A DNA stretch of 64,000 bases from a virus. A program made the translations under genes and the position numbers. The notes under the pieces are model-generated. The model did no database searches and was not told the origin of the DNA. It worked only from the letters and a program-made list of their open reading frames with translations. This document shows, one piece after another, positions 29,601-40,075 of this stretch (its first letter is position 1; the number at the start of each line of letters is the position of its first letter). The DNA is taken from the IMG/VR virus record IMGVR_UViG_3300022602_000029, positions 129,747 through 193,746 of that record. One strand, given 5' to 3'.

Positions 29601-31201
29601 GTGGTATTGGTGTTAGTTCGCTAGTAGCAGGCACTGGAACAAATATCAGCGCATCGAGCGGTACTGTTACTATTTGGACGACTGCTACAGGCGGAACATT
29701 TAATACATCAACATTAGTAGCCAACGCAGTAAATGCACAGATAGCGACTACAGCTACTAACTTCAATACCGCTACCTTGGTAGCTAATTCCGTTAATGCA
29801 CAGATAGCGACTACAGCTACTAACTTCAACACAGCAACGCTGGTCAATATAGCACAAAACGTAGTAGGTGGTATTGGTGTTAGTTCGTTAACTGCTGGTA
29901 CAGGAACCGTAGTATCGGCTAGTTCAGGAAGTGTAACTATATGGATCAACACCGCTACATTGATGGCGACAGCCGTCACAGCTCTTAACGCTAGCGGAGT
30001 CAGCGCTACTACTACCAGCACACTAACCGCTGGTACATATACAGCCGTGTTAAGTTCAGCTACAGGAGTATTGAGTGTTCCGGGCACCATAGCAGGTACG
30101 GCTAACACCAGCACGGTACAGATACAGTCTACCTATAACAACAGCACAGGTACTTGGTCGTTTAACTACAATGGTACTACAGGTACAGTCACATTCCCAG
30201 ATGGTACTGTTCAAACCACGGCCTACAGCACCGGTTCTTTGACCGTTAATACAGCCAGTTTCACTGGAGGTATAGTTAATATAGGCAGCGGAAGCAGTGG
30301 TGCTATATTCCAGACACTAGTAGGTGGTTCTTCGTTCGCTTTGTATTCGAGCAATCTAGTACAGTCAGCACAAAACTACGCATTGGCTTATAATGGCGCT
30401 TCATTGAATCTCAATGCTCCAACTAGTGGCGGTATCTACAGCAGTATCAACAATTCGATTATTACTACCTTAAACTCTACCGGACTGCAGATAAATTCTG
30501 CCACTGCTAGCACATCGACTACGACTGGTGCTTTACAGGTAACTGGTGGCGTTGGTGTCGGTGGTACTGTTACAGCCAGCAAGTTTGTTGGTGATGGGTC
30601 AAGTCTAACCAATATAACATTGAATCAGGCGGGAAATATTATTGGTACACAGACGAACGTGACCCTAGTGGCTGGTACTTCGACATACCTATTTGACAAT
30701 ACCGGAACATTGACCATGCCTTACAATGGCGACATTGTGATGACAGGTACTAATGCTAATATTATAGTAGGTGGCAATATAACAATGCCTAACCGTCCAG
30801 CGTTCCGTGTATATGGCAATAGTAACACAGGCATAAGTTCTACAACAACAATTACCAGCAGTAATTTTACACTTGATTATCAACAAGGTTCGGCTCTAAA
30901 TACATCAACTGGTATATTCACTGCTCCTGTTGCTGGCTTGTACATGGTAACTCTAGACATTAGAACCAACAGTAATACTAACGGCTCTATTGGACAAGGA
31001 ATAGTTAGAAAAACTGTGGCCATAGGCGGTGCAACATCAACCCAAATCATGGTTGAGTTTGGTGCAAATACTACTATGAATCATGCGGGCGGTAGTACTA
31101 TTGTTAAGATGGCATTAAATGATACTCTTCAAGTTATTGTTACTAGCGGAACACTGAATTTTGACAGTAATGATAGTTGGGCAGTAGCCTTCATGGGATA
31201 A
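26648..31201 (+). CDS. long tail fibre protein with C-terminal C1q-like domain
   Basis: 1517 aa, S/T/G/N-rich; GHLFYD..IRISDGHTPGG N-terminus; C-terminal PAFRV...FTAPVAGLY...AFMG. Confidence 0.8.
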   Translation: MTIRKIASGQVNTTLANYVGENGHLFYDPTSRIIRISDGHTPGGVQFNFQFATTTTTGAVKIGSGIAVDSSGTISVDIAQLDIDIQALTTDVLPATNLAYNLGSPTKQWKSLYVGTSTIYLGGISLSVNTSTGQLIINNTSTAIYSAEDGTVVFPTGIVFNTASSIVLPIGGYITSVDGGSPSLVASQGNAAVISNASSFNQLYAWDNGVSIQTSANNSGTTFTTWAFNNNGSLTAPGNINWSTNYTIDGSSATNGIAMTTDRGTILFGNHPEVGGVTHFHIMKQNPEAVDLIFGDDSNNVTMLSGSGPGSGGVKVTTQDYYGTGNLYNWNFDSSGSLTVPGNISMPYQSWIDLNGDDTNWRIGMNLNAYSKSFATSTIDIVVGQGSVGPDGFSVGQTGGQSIFELNGYDRSAYFLGSVNISDTLNLQGNTSNINFANNVSIYSSSNGLIDISSGAADITVQNGVVSIVVNNQNAQSKTWIFDYSSATGATITFPDTSVQSTAWTGSTSTLVNGTWTAVLSNTGTLRVQNLQVLGTLTTINKESVTVETVGTLNFTDTTVQTTAWNTATTVYYNQIRNTPNFISSSSISVNTGSAITTGSLAYNPLTSVFTFNPTAPFNTATLVATAVTANSLGNGVISIANTSASTSTNTGALVVAGGAGINGNVNIGGAVLIGTNTNLYVNAQGLSPLGGGYFNVSPVQSKYPFNNIFGGVNTANTSVIQALSLGGTLIGTTITQYSYLMQNGGSWNPPANGIMNGGNSTYLFGLDQQPTWGNTATSAVGTPFGIYLNRIFLNAGPSSTGTVTNVYHIGINNINADAASSATITNVYGIYQANFAQSNNVSITNAYGFYGRQTTTGATATNWNLYMQGNAPNYMAGNLYIGTTAQSGGAILTVNGGVYVNGILTATTIAATSSITINGYAVSTATSFNTATLVANAVNAQIATTTTNFNTATLVANAVNAQIATTTTNFNTATLVNIAQNVVGGIGVSSLVAGTGTNISASSGTVTIWTTATGGTFNTSTLVANAVNAQIATTATNFNTATLVANSVNAQIATTATNFNTATLVNIAQNVVGGIGVSSLTAGTGTVVSASSGSVTIWINTATLMATAVTALNASGVSATTTSTLTAGTYTAVLSSATGVLSVPGTIAGTANTSTVQIQSTYNNSTGTWSFNYNGTTGTVTFPDGTVQTTAYSTGSLTVNTASFTGGIVNIGSGSSGAIFQTLVGGSSFALYSSNLVQSAQNYALAYNGASLNLNAPTSGGIYSSINNSIITTLNSTGLQINSATASTSTTTGALQVTGGVGVGGTVTASKFVGDGSSLTNITLNQAGNIIGTQTNVTLVAGTSTYLFDNTGTLTMPYNGDIVMTGTNANIIVGGNITMPNRPAFRVYGNSNTGISSTTTITSSNFTLDYQQGSALNTSTGIFTAPVAGLYMVTLDIRTNSNTNGSIGQGIVRKTVAIGGATSTQIMVEFGANTTMNHAGGSTIVKMALNDTLQVIVTSGTLNFDSNDSWAVAFMG
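29432..29945 (+). repeat. nested coding repeats in the tail fibre
   Basis: 63-bp FNTATLVANAVNAQIATTTTN units arranged in two blocks offset by 267 bp (starting 29432 and 29699). Confidence 0.9.
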
Positions 31202-31204
31202 CAT

Positions 31205-31708
31205 ATGGCAATTAAGAAACACGATTTAAAAAACTGGAAACCTGTTGATACAACTAATCCATTAGCTAGTCTAGCATCTGAAATTAATGATAACTTAGCT
31301 GATATCGATGCTCGTCTTAATTCATTAGGTGTTGTGGGCAAAGGATTTGCATCAGGTTATGTAGATGCTGGACAGTTTGTTATATTAGACAATCTTAAGT
31401 TTAGTGTAACAACGGGCGGGCAAAGAGGTTTAAGTTGTGCTACGGTAACAGGTACATCAATGCTCGCTATATCTGCCAGCTATGCTATGATTAACGGCGG
31501 TCGAGGTGGTGACGCAACAAACTGGGCATCAATGCCAATATACACAACAACTCCAAGTAGTTCGTGGTTTGGTTGGAGTTTTCCTAACGCGGGCGACGGT
31601 TCTACATATAACATACAAGAAGTTGCTACACAGCGTTTCTACAGAGTTACACTAATGATTGGCCCGGGTTACACAAAGAACTTCATCAGCATTGAAAGAT
31701 TAATATGA
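31205..31708 (+). CDS. tail-associated hypothetical protein
   Basis: 167-aa ORF within the fibre operon; beta-rich C-terminus. Confidence 0.6.
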   Translation: MAIKKHDLKNWKPVDTTNPLASLASEINDNLADIDARLNSLGVVGKGFASGYVDAGQFVILDNLKFSVTTGGQRGLSCATVTGTSMLAISASYAMINGGRGGDATNWASMPIYTTTPSSSWFGWSFPNAGDGSTYNIQEVATQRFYRVTLMIGPGYTKNFISIERLI

Positions 31709-32403
31709 TATTACAAGGTGTAACAGTAAAAGGAACATCAATAGTTGATTCTTACATCACCACACAGAATCTGGCAATATGGATTGATGCCAATAACTCA
31801 TCTAGCTATCCAGGTACAGGCACTACTATAACTGATTTATCTGGCAATGGTAGCACACAGAATCTAGGTACAGCCGCCCAGTTTGTCACGGTTGGCGGAG
31901 CTAAATGCTTTGACTGTTCTGCTACTTATGGCATAGCAGCCGCATCAATAGGTCCTACTTTACCCACCACGGGCTTTACCTATATCGCCTGGGCTCGAAT
32001 GATAGCCAGCTCAGCTACTTTTAGAACTTTATTTAGAGCTAGTCCCAACGATCATCCCCTGCTGATTAATTCTGGAACTAACGATCTAGGCATGTGGGAT
32101 AATAACGTCTCTACCTTTTATCCTAGCGGATATTCAGTAGCTAATTTGGCCAATACTTGGGTTCAATGGGCAGTTACCGGAGACAGCGCAGGCGAGAGTT
32201 TTTACATCAATGGACAGTATGTAGGGCAAGTTACTGCACAAACCGCCGCAGGCAATAGCCACAATATTACAGGCAATGTAAGTGGTACTAGTGGCGCACA
32301 ACCTTTCGGATACATCGCAAACACATTTTTGTACACCGCCAAATTGTCTCAAATACAGATACAGCAGAACTACGGTGCTTATAAAACACAGTTCGGGGTA
32401 TAA
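31705..32403 (+). CDS. LamG/concanavalin A-like domain virion protein
   Basis: LAIWIDANNSSSYPGTG..ITDLSGNG, FTYIAW, FYINGQ, YTAKLS..QIQQNY. Confidence 0.8.
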   Translation: MILQGVTVKGTSIVDSYITTQNLAIWIDANNSSSYPGTGTTITDLSGNGSTQNLGTAAQFVTVGGAKCFDCSATYGIAAASIGPTLPTTGFTYIAWARMIASSATFRTLFRASPNDHPLLINSGTNDLGMWDNNVSTFYPSGYSVANLANTWVQWAVTGDSAGESFYINGQYVGQVTAQTAAGNSHNITGNVSGTSGAQPFGYIANTFLYTAKLSQIQIQQNYGAYKTQFGV

Positions 32404-32467
32404 TAACTCAGTAAATATATTTGAAAAACAATACAAAATATTTCATTTCCTAGGTCAAAAATAATAT

Positions 32468-33991
32468 ATGGCAATTTATACTCCGGGCACAATAATACAG
32501 GCCACTTATACTGCAACTGGTGTCCCACCTAGTGCTCCTATTTCTATAAAAACTTCATTTGTCAGCAATAGCCTAGCGGGCAGTTTACAGTTCACTGGTG
32601 GGGCTACAAGCCATAGCGCACCTTATCTAAGTCTAGTTCCGGGTATATCAATAGCAGGAGGCGCCTATACCGTAGAGGGATGGTTTCAACTGCCAAACTT
32701 TACACAGGCCTATGGTTTAATGGGAGCTAACGCATCTGCTGGTATGAGTTTATTTGTAGTTAGTAATACTGCTTTTACTACTGACAGTTATGGTGGTCTC
32801 GGCCAGAGGACCTATACCGTGCCTACTATGTTGCCCAATGTTTGGTATTATTTTGCTTTGACTCGAAATGCTGGCCAGACAGAAACACTTTTTATTGGAT
32901 CAGCGACAAGTACCTTAGCCTATAAGGCCACAGGAGCCGCGGGAGGAACTAATGTTAACGGAGGACAGCAAACTAATACTTTGAACTATGGAGCTAACCC
33001 TACTAATGATATCGGTACCTATTATGGACAGGCTTGGCCTGGTTATCTGACAAATATAAGAGCGACTGTTGGAACCAGTGTCTATGACCCGACACAACCT
33101 AGCATACCAGTTCCAAATGCTCCGCTGGCTGTGGTAACTAATACGCAGTATTTGATGCTAGGCAGCTCAGTGACCGGTGATGCTAGCGGCACACAGACCG
33201 TTACTAATCACAGTGTAACCACATCGGCTCTTAAACCTTTATTAACTACAGTTATTGGCAATCCAATGATGGTAGGTGCTGTAGGTACCTATACCGGATC
33301 ATTGATAACTAGTGGACTCGTTTATAATCTGGACATGGTCAATTATTCGCCAACGACATCTACTTGGACTGATACTGTTAACAGTTATAGTTTCCAGTTT
33401 TTTAATGGTAACGGGACAACCAGTCCAGGAGCTCCTCCAGTAACCAACACAGGAACTAACCAAGCCTATTTTCTTACAACTAACACTTGGTGGGCCAAGT
33501 GTCAAAGTGGTGGCATAATGCCCAGTGCAGCCAGTTATACTAAGGGAGCAGTCATACGTGGACTGAACACACCATCAGCTCCAATGGGCGCAGGATATTT
33601 GCAATGCAGTTTTGAAGCTAGAGATACTACATGGTTTAATAATGGACTTGCGACATTTGCCGCAGGTAATCACTATAACGGAGCATCCTACAGTGATGTC
33701 ACACAGACTGTGGGATCAGAAAGCTCAAGTACTTGGTACTATGTGAGTGTGTCTTACGATACTGGTAACGGTTGGACGCTGTATGTAAACGGCCGTCTAG
33801 TGGGTACGTCTAGTACAAAATTGCCTTCGCAGGGCGGCACTACCCCAGTTATTGGTGCTACTCAAACTGTTCCAGGATTTAACGGTAATATTGCCGCGGC
33901 TCACGCATATAATAGGACTTTGACTCCAGTAGAACATTCAAACAATGCCTACTATTGGCTGACTAGATACAATGGCCCTAACCCTGCTTGA
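32468..33991 (+). CDS. virion protein with two LamG-like domains
   Basis: YTVEGWF...WYYFALTR...GYLTNIR and WYYVSVSY...LYVNG...AYNRTLT. Confidence 0.75.
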   Translation: MAIYTPGTIIQATYTATGVPPSAPISIKTSFVSNSLAGSLQFTGGATSHSAPYLSLVPGISIAGGAYTVEGWFQLPNFTQAYGLMGANASAGMSLFVVSNTAFTTDSYGGLGQRTYTVPTMLPNVWYYFALTRNAGQTETLFIGSATSTLAYKATGAAGGTNVNGGQQTNTLNYGANPTNDIGTYYGQAWPGYLTNIRATVGTSVYDPTQPSIPVPNAPLAVVTNTQYLMLGSSVTGDASGTQTVTNHSVTTSALKPLLTTVIGNPMMVGAVGTYTGSLITSGLVYNLDMVNYSPTTSTWTDTVNSYSFQFFNGNGTTSPGAPPVTNTGTNQAYFLTTNTWWAKCQSGGIMPSAASYTKGAVIRGLNTPSAPMGAGYLQCSFEARDTTWFNNGLATFAAGNHYNGASYSDVTQTVGSESSSTWYYVSVSYDTGNGWTLYVNGRLVGTSSTKLPSQGGTTPVIGATQTVPGFNGNIAAAHAYNRTLTPVEHSNNAYYWLTRYNGPNPA

Positions 33992-34056
33992 TTTGGACTT
34001 TAATCATTACTAGCCCAACTGCATAAATATAAAATAACGAATTTAAGGAATAACTG

Positions 34057-36306
34057 ATGTCACGCAATCTAACTACGAACTATAGATATCAAGACGCTAT
34101 GCCACAGCGTGTACGAGATGTACTAGGCAGACTAAAAGTATCTATTCATCAAAATATATATGAAGCTGACTTCGAGTATGGCCCCCAACCTTTACGTTGG
34201 GAACAATATGTACAGACTTTCGATGGAGTCAGTGGAATCACAGCTATTCCTAGCAGCGGCGGTGTGCGTATGCGTGTAGGTACTACACTAGGTGATATTA
34301 CCATACGTCAAAGCCGTCCTTATCACAGATATCAACCAGGTAAGACCATGTTCATGGCTACCGGTCTAAACCTAGGAACTGCTCTTACAGGTAACCTACA
34401 ACGAGTGGGATTCTTTGATGATTCAAACGGTGTGTTCTTTGAACAGGGAGTATCTACACCTGGTAATCCATTTGGTATGCACACAGTGGTACGCACTGAC
34501 GTAGGCGGAACAGTTTATGAAACACGTACTCCTTTAGATCAATGGTCAGGAGATCCGTCATTGATCAATAAGCTAGATTTTGCCAAGATACAGATGTTTT
34601 GGATAGAATATGGATGGTACGGTGCAGGTGCAACACGTTGGGGCTTCTGGCTAGATGGTGAGCCATTCATCGCTCATCAGATTGGTTGGGGTAACTATCA
34701 GAATCCTTACAATCTAAATTCACAGACTACACCTTGGGCACGTACAGGTAACTTACCAGTTCGCTATGAACAACGTAACACAGCAGGTACAGCAGTATTA
34801 AATGACATGTACCACTATGGCGTATCAGTTATCGTAGAAGGACGCACAGATGACCAACGCGGATTTACCTACGCATATGGATTACCAAACACAGTACAGA
34901 CCCGTGTCGTAGCACCAAGCACCAATAGATTTCCATTGTTGACCATACGCGGACGTCAGCTAGGTACCCAGGAATATGGCACAGTATACGCTACCAGCGG
35001 CACCAATACCCCTATCACCAGCTTATCGAGTGCTACCACAGCATTCACTATCGTTAACGCTTCTACTATCAGCAATATCATAACAGTAAGCACGTTAACA
35101 CAGGGAACTGTCCAAACTGGTATGCAGATACAGGGAACAGGTATGCCCTGGGGAGTCTCTGTAGTTACACAGCTTACCGCCAATAACAATCCTGCCGCTA
35201 CTATCACTACAACTAACACAGTCGCAGTAGGATCTGGAACTATATTCTTGTCAACATGGACAGGAGTAGCCACGGGGCAGCTGGTATCTGCTGCCGGCAT
35301 ACCTAACGGCACGTTCGTGGGAACCACAGCCAGTGGCGTGATCACTCTAGTAGATAAGTTTGGTATCAGCGTATCGATCACACAGCAGATATCCAGTGCT
35401 ACTACTGTAAGTTTCTATACGCCCGGAGTAGCCGGAACCTACCAGCTAAGCCAGACACCGTCTTTGCTAGTTTATTCTACACAGACATCGGTACAGGGAT
35501 TCGTACAGCAGTTTAATATCGCCAGTGCTAATCTTCCTGTAAACTATTATCAAGGACGTGTGGTATTTTTCCCCTATCTAGGTACACAGGGTAACGGAAT
35601 GATGGCACGTATAACCGCTAATAGCAGTAGCACATTATATTGCGTAGATAACGTAGTTGGCCTACAACTGAGCGCACTACCTACTGTTGGTACCATAGCT
35701 ACACCATCTATGACAGCCGGCACGATTGGCAACAATACATTCACTGTATCTAGCATATCAGGCATAGTAGCAGGATTGGCAGTAAGTGGTACAGGTATAT
35801 CCTCCGGAAGCCTAGTGACCTATGTTACCGGTACCACAGTTACAGTCAACCTACCCTTATACAGTAATGTCAGCGGTAATGCTACTTTCGTACAGGGCTA
35901 CTGCATAGGATTAGCCAATCGTGGACAGCTATTACCCAAGCGATTGATGGTCAGTTCTGATTATCGTTGTGTGGTTGAGCTGATCAGCGGAGGGACTACC
36001 AATCCAGTAGTTTTCAATGGACAGCAACCAAACTATGTTCCTATGTCACAAATCGGTAGTCCCAACTCATTCGCTGAACGAGATTATATATCTACAGCTA
36101 CAGTGAACAACACCGGTGAGGTGGTATTTGCCTTTACACTAGCGGCTGGATCAGGATTACAAGATATCGATCTCAGCTACTTCTTCCCCTTATACAACAA
36201 CATCCGCGGTAATCAGATCGATACGCTAACACTAGCGATCACCACGGTACCGGGTACGACTGCTACAGTAGGTGGACACTTGATTTGCCAGGAGGCTATG
36301 AGTTAA
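34057..36306 (+). CDS. putative structural protein (749 aa)
   Basis: RLKVS...YQPGK...RVGFFD...GNLPVRYE pattern with a Thr-rich insert; TAAATA at 34024. Confidence 0.6.
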   Translation: MSRNLTTNYRYQDAMPQRVRDVLGRLKVSIHQNIYEADFEYGPQPLRWEQYVQTFDGVSGITAIPSSGGVRMRVGTTLGDITIRQSRPYHRYQPGKTMFMATGLNLGTALTGNLQRVGFFDDSNGVFFEQGVSTPGNPFGMHTVVRTDVGGTVYETRTPLDQWSGDPSLINKLDFAKIQMFWIEYGWYGAGATRWGFWLDGEPFIAHQIGWGNYQNPYNLNSQTTPWARTGNLPVRYEQRNTAGTAVLNDMYHYGVSVIVEGRTDDQRGFTYAYGLPNTVQTRVVAPSTNRFPLLTIRGRQLGTQEYGTVYATSGTNTPITSLSSATTAFTIVNASTISNIITVSTLTQGTVQTGMQIQGTGMPWGVSVVTQLTANNNPAATITTTNTVAVGSGTIFLSTWTGVATGQLVSAAGIPNGTFVGTTASGVITLVDKFGISVSITQQISSATTVSFYTPGVAGTYQLSQTPSLLVYSTQTSVQGFVQQFNIASANLPVNYYQGRVVFFPYLGTQGNGMMARITANSSSTLYCVDNVVGLQLSALPTVGTIATPSMTAGTIGNNTFTVSSISGIVAGLAVSGTGISSGSLVTYVTGTTVTVNLPLYSNVSGNATFVQGYCIGLANRGQLLPKRLMVSSDYRCVVELISGGTTNPVVFNGQQPNYVPMSQIGSPNSFAERDYISTATVNNTGEVVFAFTLAAGSGLQDIDLSYFFPLYNNIRGNQIDTLTLAITTVPGTTATVGGHLICQEAMS

Positions 36307-36307
36307 T

Positions 36308-36619
36308 ATGAAAGCAAGCGAAATACTACGAGGACTAGCTGATCTACTATCTGGCCTTGAACTTAAATCAGCACAACCGGTAGAACAACCACAGCAGGGT
36401 GTGTCTCTGATACAGGTCACTGCCGATAACACAGATCACAGCGATGCCAACAAGTTCCTTCCTCCTCTGCAGGCTAAACTAGAGCTACTGAAAAAAGCTA
36501 CTGGAGTAGAAAGCGTATACGATCAACAAGGTGACGATCTAGATCGCATGAAACAGATGGCAGGTATACATCCTGTAGCACTCGACGCAGCCGGTGATTC
36601 TGAACCACTAGACATCTAA
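36308..36619 (+). CDS. hypothetical protein
   Basis: 103-aa ORF, PPLQAKLELLKKATG. Confidence 0.65.
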   Translation: MKASEILRGLADLLSGLELKSAQPVEQPQQGVSLIQVTADNTDHSDANKFLPPLQAKLELLKKATGVESVYDQQGDDLDRMKQMAGIHPVALDAAGDSEPLDI

Positions 36620-36629
36620 GGAGCTCTCG

Positions 36630-38972
36630 ATGGGAACTCCTATACAGAAGTTATTTACAGATAGAAAAAACGCAAATGGTTCTACCTACGTAGGTGAGAT
36701 AAATCGCCTGTGGTATGATCCACAAACAGGGTTCCGTGTCAGCGATGGAGTCACTCCAGGAGGACAACCTGCCGTAGTGGCAGTCTCTACTGCTAGCATC
36801 GGGGATCTAGTCATTACTGGTTCCACTATCTCAACAATCAATACTAACGAACCTCTCAATTTGAATAGCAACGGTACTGGTACTGTTAGTGTGTCTGGGG
36901 CTTTTAACGTAAGAACACCGACAGGTATATTAGTCATGGAGGTGCCTCAGAATGGATTTGTTAATTTCTATGCCGCACAACAAAATGTAAGTGATACAGC
37001 ATTTGAGATCATTGGTAGTGCTGATGGCGCAAGTTTTCATCCAACTAACACGGGTGTTATGCTCCAGGTAACTGGTAATCCAGGTGTTAGCAGTCGTATA
37101 TATAATGATAGCGAAGGTAGCTACCCAGTTTATACTGGTCGTAGATATAATGGTACCGCCAGTAGTCCTTCGGCAGTACAGGACGGTGAAGATATAGTTC
37201 GATATGGCGGAGCTGCTTACAATGGCTCCGTGTTACCGTCATTGGGTAATGCTCGTATGACATACAATGCCATCGGCGCACAAACTCCTTCAAACGGCGG
37301 TAGTTCAATAACATTCTTTACTACTCCTGTTAATAATGCCACTAGTGCTATCGCACCGGTCATGACCTTGACCAATAGTGTGATCACTGTGGCCGCCAAT
37401 TTTGTGCCCAGCATGGACGTGGCTTATGATCTTGGTATGCCATCTAGTAGATGGCGTACCATATATGTAGGTACTGGATCGGTATATATTCAAGATGCTA
37501 TATTGGGAACTAACGCTGAAATCACAGTTAGTAATGGTGTTATGCAGATCAACGGTGCTAACCAACTACAGGTTGGACAGTTAAAGTTCATCAATAACAC
37601 TATTGAATCTACCTCTACTAACATCAATATTCAGTTGGGCTATGCAGGAGATTCGGGTAACTTTACCATTAATCGCTCGATGGTATTGTCCAACGCAGGC
37701 GGATTGACATTCTCAGATGGTACCACACAGACCACAGCGGCCATCCCGTTGACCACCAAAGGAATCAGTTTAGGGGTAGCCACACTAGGAGTAGATGGCA
37801 AGCTGTTGTCTACTCAGATTCCCACAAGTTTGACCAGTGCTGTGACATTTGCTGGTGGATGGAACGCCAGCACAAACTCTCCCTATTTAACTAACAATAC
37901 TAGCACGTATACGACAGGCACAGAATTCGTAATTACAGTCGGCGGTACGCAGAATTTAGGCGGAGGCAGTGTATATTATTCAACTGGCTCGTTTATTCTC
38001 TATGGTGGCGGAGTTTGGAACTACAGCCCACAGATTTCAAACTTTACCAGCATAACTGGCACTAACCACATCAGTGTCAATTCACCAACTGGCGCTATAC
38101 AGGTCACCAGTGATGCTACCAGTGGTAATACTCCATTAACAATAGTATCAAGAGATAGTAGTGGAAACTTCCAAGCAAATACCATAACTGCTAACCTATC
38201 AGGAAATGTCACCGGTAACGTTACCGGGTCTTTAACGGGCAATGCACAGACAGCAAATAAATTAAGTTCAGCGGTCAGTATCAATGGAGTGAGCTTCGAC
38301 GGATCCACGAACATTCAAGTCAATAATACAGCTACACTGACATTTGGTACAGGTATCAATGGCGGTAGTTATAATGGATCGACTCCTGTAACTATCACTT
38401 TGAATACAGCTACCTTGATGGCTAATGCTTTAAACGCAAGTAATGCAAGTAATATAACTGGCGGATATGTTAGCAGTATTACCGCAGGTACAAGCACAGC
38501 GATTTCAACAGGAACTGGAGCTATTACTATATGGAATACATATTCACTACCTGTAGCAACTACATCAACCTTGGGTGGTGTTGAAGTTGATGGGACAACT
38601 ATATCAGTTAATGGTAGCGGAGTTATTAGCTCATTACAATCTTTAACAACAAGTTCAACTAGTGCTACGGCTATTACAGTACCTCTTAATGGTCCAGGTA
38701 TGTTTATATACAACCCAAGCACTAATGGTAACTCAACTATAACATTGGCTAATTTTACACCAGGTCGTATTGTTCGTATGTTTATCACTCCAAATGGCGG
38801 TAGCAATACACAACAATTTATTTTTAATAACGTGCCGGCTGGGCAAACAAGTATTGGAAAAAACAACCCTGTATTACAACATCCTGGCGGATATAGTATG
38901 ATATTAGCTGAAATATATTGTACATCGTCGGCAGTAGGCGGAGTTTACATTAACTTCGCGGGCGCACAATAA
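36630..38972 (+). CDS. tail fibre protein
   Basis: N-terminus parallels 26648 (VGE..RLWYD...RVSDGVTPGG); GVATLGVDGKL, ATTSTLGGV and INGVSFDGS fibre motifs. Confidence 0.75.
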   Translation: MGTPIQKLFTDRKNANGSTYVGEINRLWYDPQTGFRVSDGVTPGGQPAVVAVSTASIGDLVITGSTISTINTNEPLNLNSNGTGTVSVSGAFNVRTPTGILVMEVPQNGFVNFYAAQQNVSDTAFEIIGSADGASFHPTNTGVMLQVTGNPGVSSRIYNDSEGSYPVYTGRRYNGTASSPSAVQDGEDIVRYGGAAYNGSVLPSLGNARMTYNAIGAQTPSNGGSSITFFTTPVNNATSAIAPVMTLTNSVITVAANFVPSMDVAYDLGMPSSRWRTIYVGTGSVYIQDAILGTNAEITVSNGVMQINGANQLQVGQLKFINNTIESTSTNINIQLGYAGDSGNFTINRSMVLSNAGGLTFSDGTTQTTAAIPLTTKGISLGVATLGVDGKLLSTQIPTSLTSAVTFAGGWNASTNSPYLTNNTSTYTTGTEFVITVGGTQNLGGGSVYYSTGSFILYGGGVWNYSPQISNFTSITGTNHISVNSPTGAIQVTSDATSGNTPLTIVSRDSSGNFQANTITANLSGNVTGNVTGSLTGNAQTANKLSSAVSINGVSFDGSTNIQVNNTATLTFGTGINGGSYNGSTPVTITLNTATLMANALNASNASNITGGYVSSITAGTSTAISTGTGAITIWNTYSLPVATTSTLGGVEVDGTTISVNGSGVISSLQSLTTSSTSATAITVPLNGPGMFIYNPSTNGNSTITLANFTPGRIVRMFITPNGGSNTQQFIFNNVPAGQTSIGKNNPVLQHPGGYSMILAEIYCTSSAVGGVYINFAGAQ

Positions 38973-39016
38973 TCAATCTCGAATAATAAATAATATACCA
39001 ACTTTAAGGAAGTAAA

Positions 39017-39850
39017 ATGAAAAAACTAGTAACATCGCTTTTTATTGCTCTAGTAGCATTAATCAGCACACAAGCACACGCTTGGAATCAACGTGCTCCA
39101 TTTCCAGTAGAACAGTGTAAAGTACACGCACCCTATGGATTTCCACAATCAGCAAGACCCATCCAACCTCTATGCCAACAGGCCTATCTAGTAGGATACG
39201 ATGCTCCTGCTAAACTACCAGAGTTCGTTATGTATGAACTACTGCCACAGAACGCACTAGGCTGTGTAGCACGCACCAACGCTTTCGCTGCCAACCAGTT
39301 CGTACCTAACGGTGCTACACCCAAGGACTATGCGGCTACTGGCTACGACAAAGGACACATGGCTCCGGATGGTGATCTATCTTGGGACACACAGGTAGAG
39401 TTTGAAAGTTTCCTAATGACTAACATGAGCCCACAAGCTGGTTCATTAAACAGAGGTATCTGGAAACTGCTAGAAACTTCAGTACGAGGATGGGCGGTAC
39501 AAGGTAACAACTCATACACAGTTATCGCAGGTGGCGTTTATGCTCCAGGCGACAAAACTATTGGTGCCGGTGTTGTAGTTCCACATGCGTTCTACAAGAT
39601 CGTTATCAATAATCAGACAGGACAAGTAGCAGGTTGGATGTTTCCACACGTAGCACCTTATCCTAACCTAGGCAATGATCTAACCAAGTTCCGTATGCCA
39701 ATCGCACAGATAGAACAACAGGGCGGGGTCAAGTATCCATTACCAGCAAACGCTCAAGAACTACAGCCAGGCAAAGAATGGCCCGTGGATTTTGGAAAAC
39801 TAACACAGGCGAAACGTGCTAAATGCGGTGCTAACGCCAGTGACGATTAA
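39017..39850 (+). CDS. secreted DNA/RNA non-specific endonuclease (NucA/EndoG family)
   Basis: signal peptide, [32 protein letters not shown]. Confidence 0.92.
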   Translation: MKKLVTSLFIALVALISTQAHAWNQRAPFPVEQCKVHAPYGFPQSARPIQPLCQQAYLVGYDAPAKLPEFVMYELLPQNALGCVARTNAFAANQFVPNGATPKDYAATGYDKGHMAPDGDLSWDTQVEFESFLMTNMSPQAGSLNRGIWKLLETSVRGWAVQGNNSYTVIAGGVYAPGDKTIGAGVVVPHAFYKIVINNQTGQVAGWMFPHVAPYPNLGNDLTKFRMPIAQIEQQGGVKYPLPANAQELQPGKEWPVDFGKLTQAKRAKCGANASDD

Positions 39851-39861
39851 AGAGAAAAGAA

Positions 39862-40068
39862 ATGGCAACAGGAACAGTAAAATGGTTTAACACAGTTAAG
39901 GGCTTTGGATTTATAACACCCGATAGTGGTGGGGCAGATGTATTCGTACATTACTCGCAGATACAGTCAGAAGGTTATAAAAATCTAAAAGAAAACGAAA
40001 AAGTACAGTTTGATCTAGTAAGCACACCCAAAGGCGATCTAGCTAATAATGTAACTATCCTAAACTAA
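39862..40068 (+). CDS. cspA: cold-shock (CspA-family) protein
   Basis: [15 protein letters not shown] (RNP1), DVFVHYS (RNP2); family-level call. Confidence 0.93.
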   Translation: MATGTVKWFNTVKGFGFITPDSGGADVFVHYSQIQSEGYKNLKENEKVQFDLVSTPKGDLANNVTILN

Positions 40069-40075
40069 AATAAAT

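Noticed and set aside
25158-38866. Long antisense ORFs inside the tail fibre genes (e.g. 29269-30114)
   Set aside because: They are shadows of the Thr/Ala/Gly/Asn codon bias on the plus strand, with no RBS or motifs.
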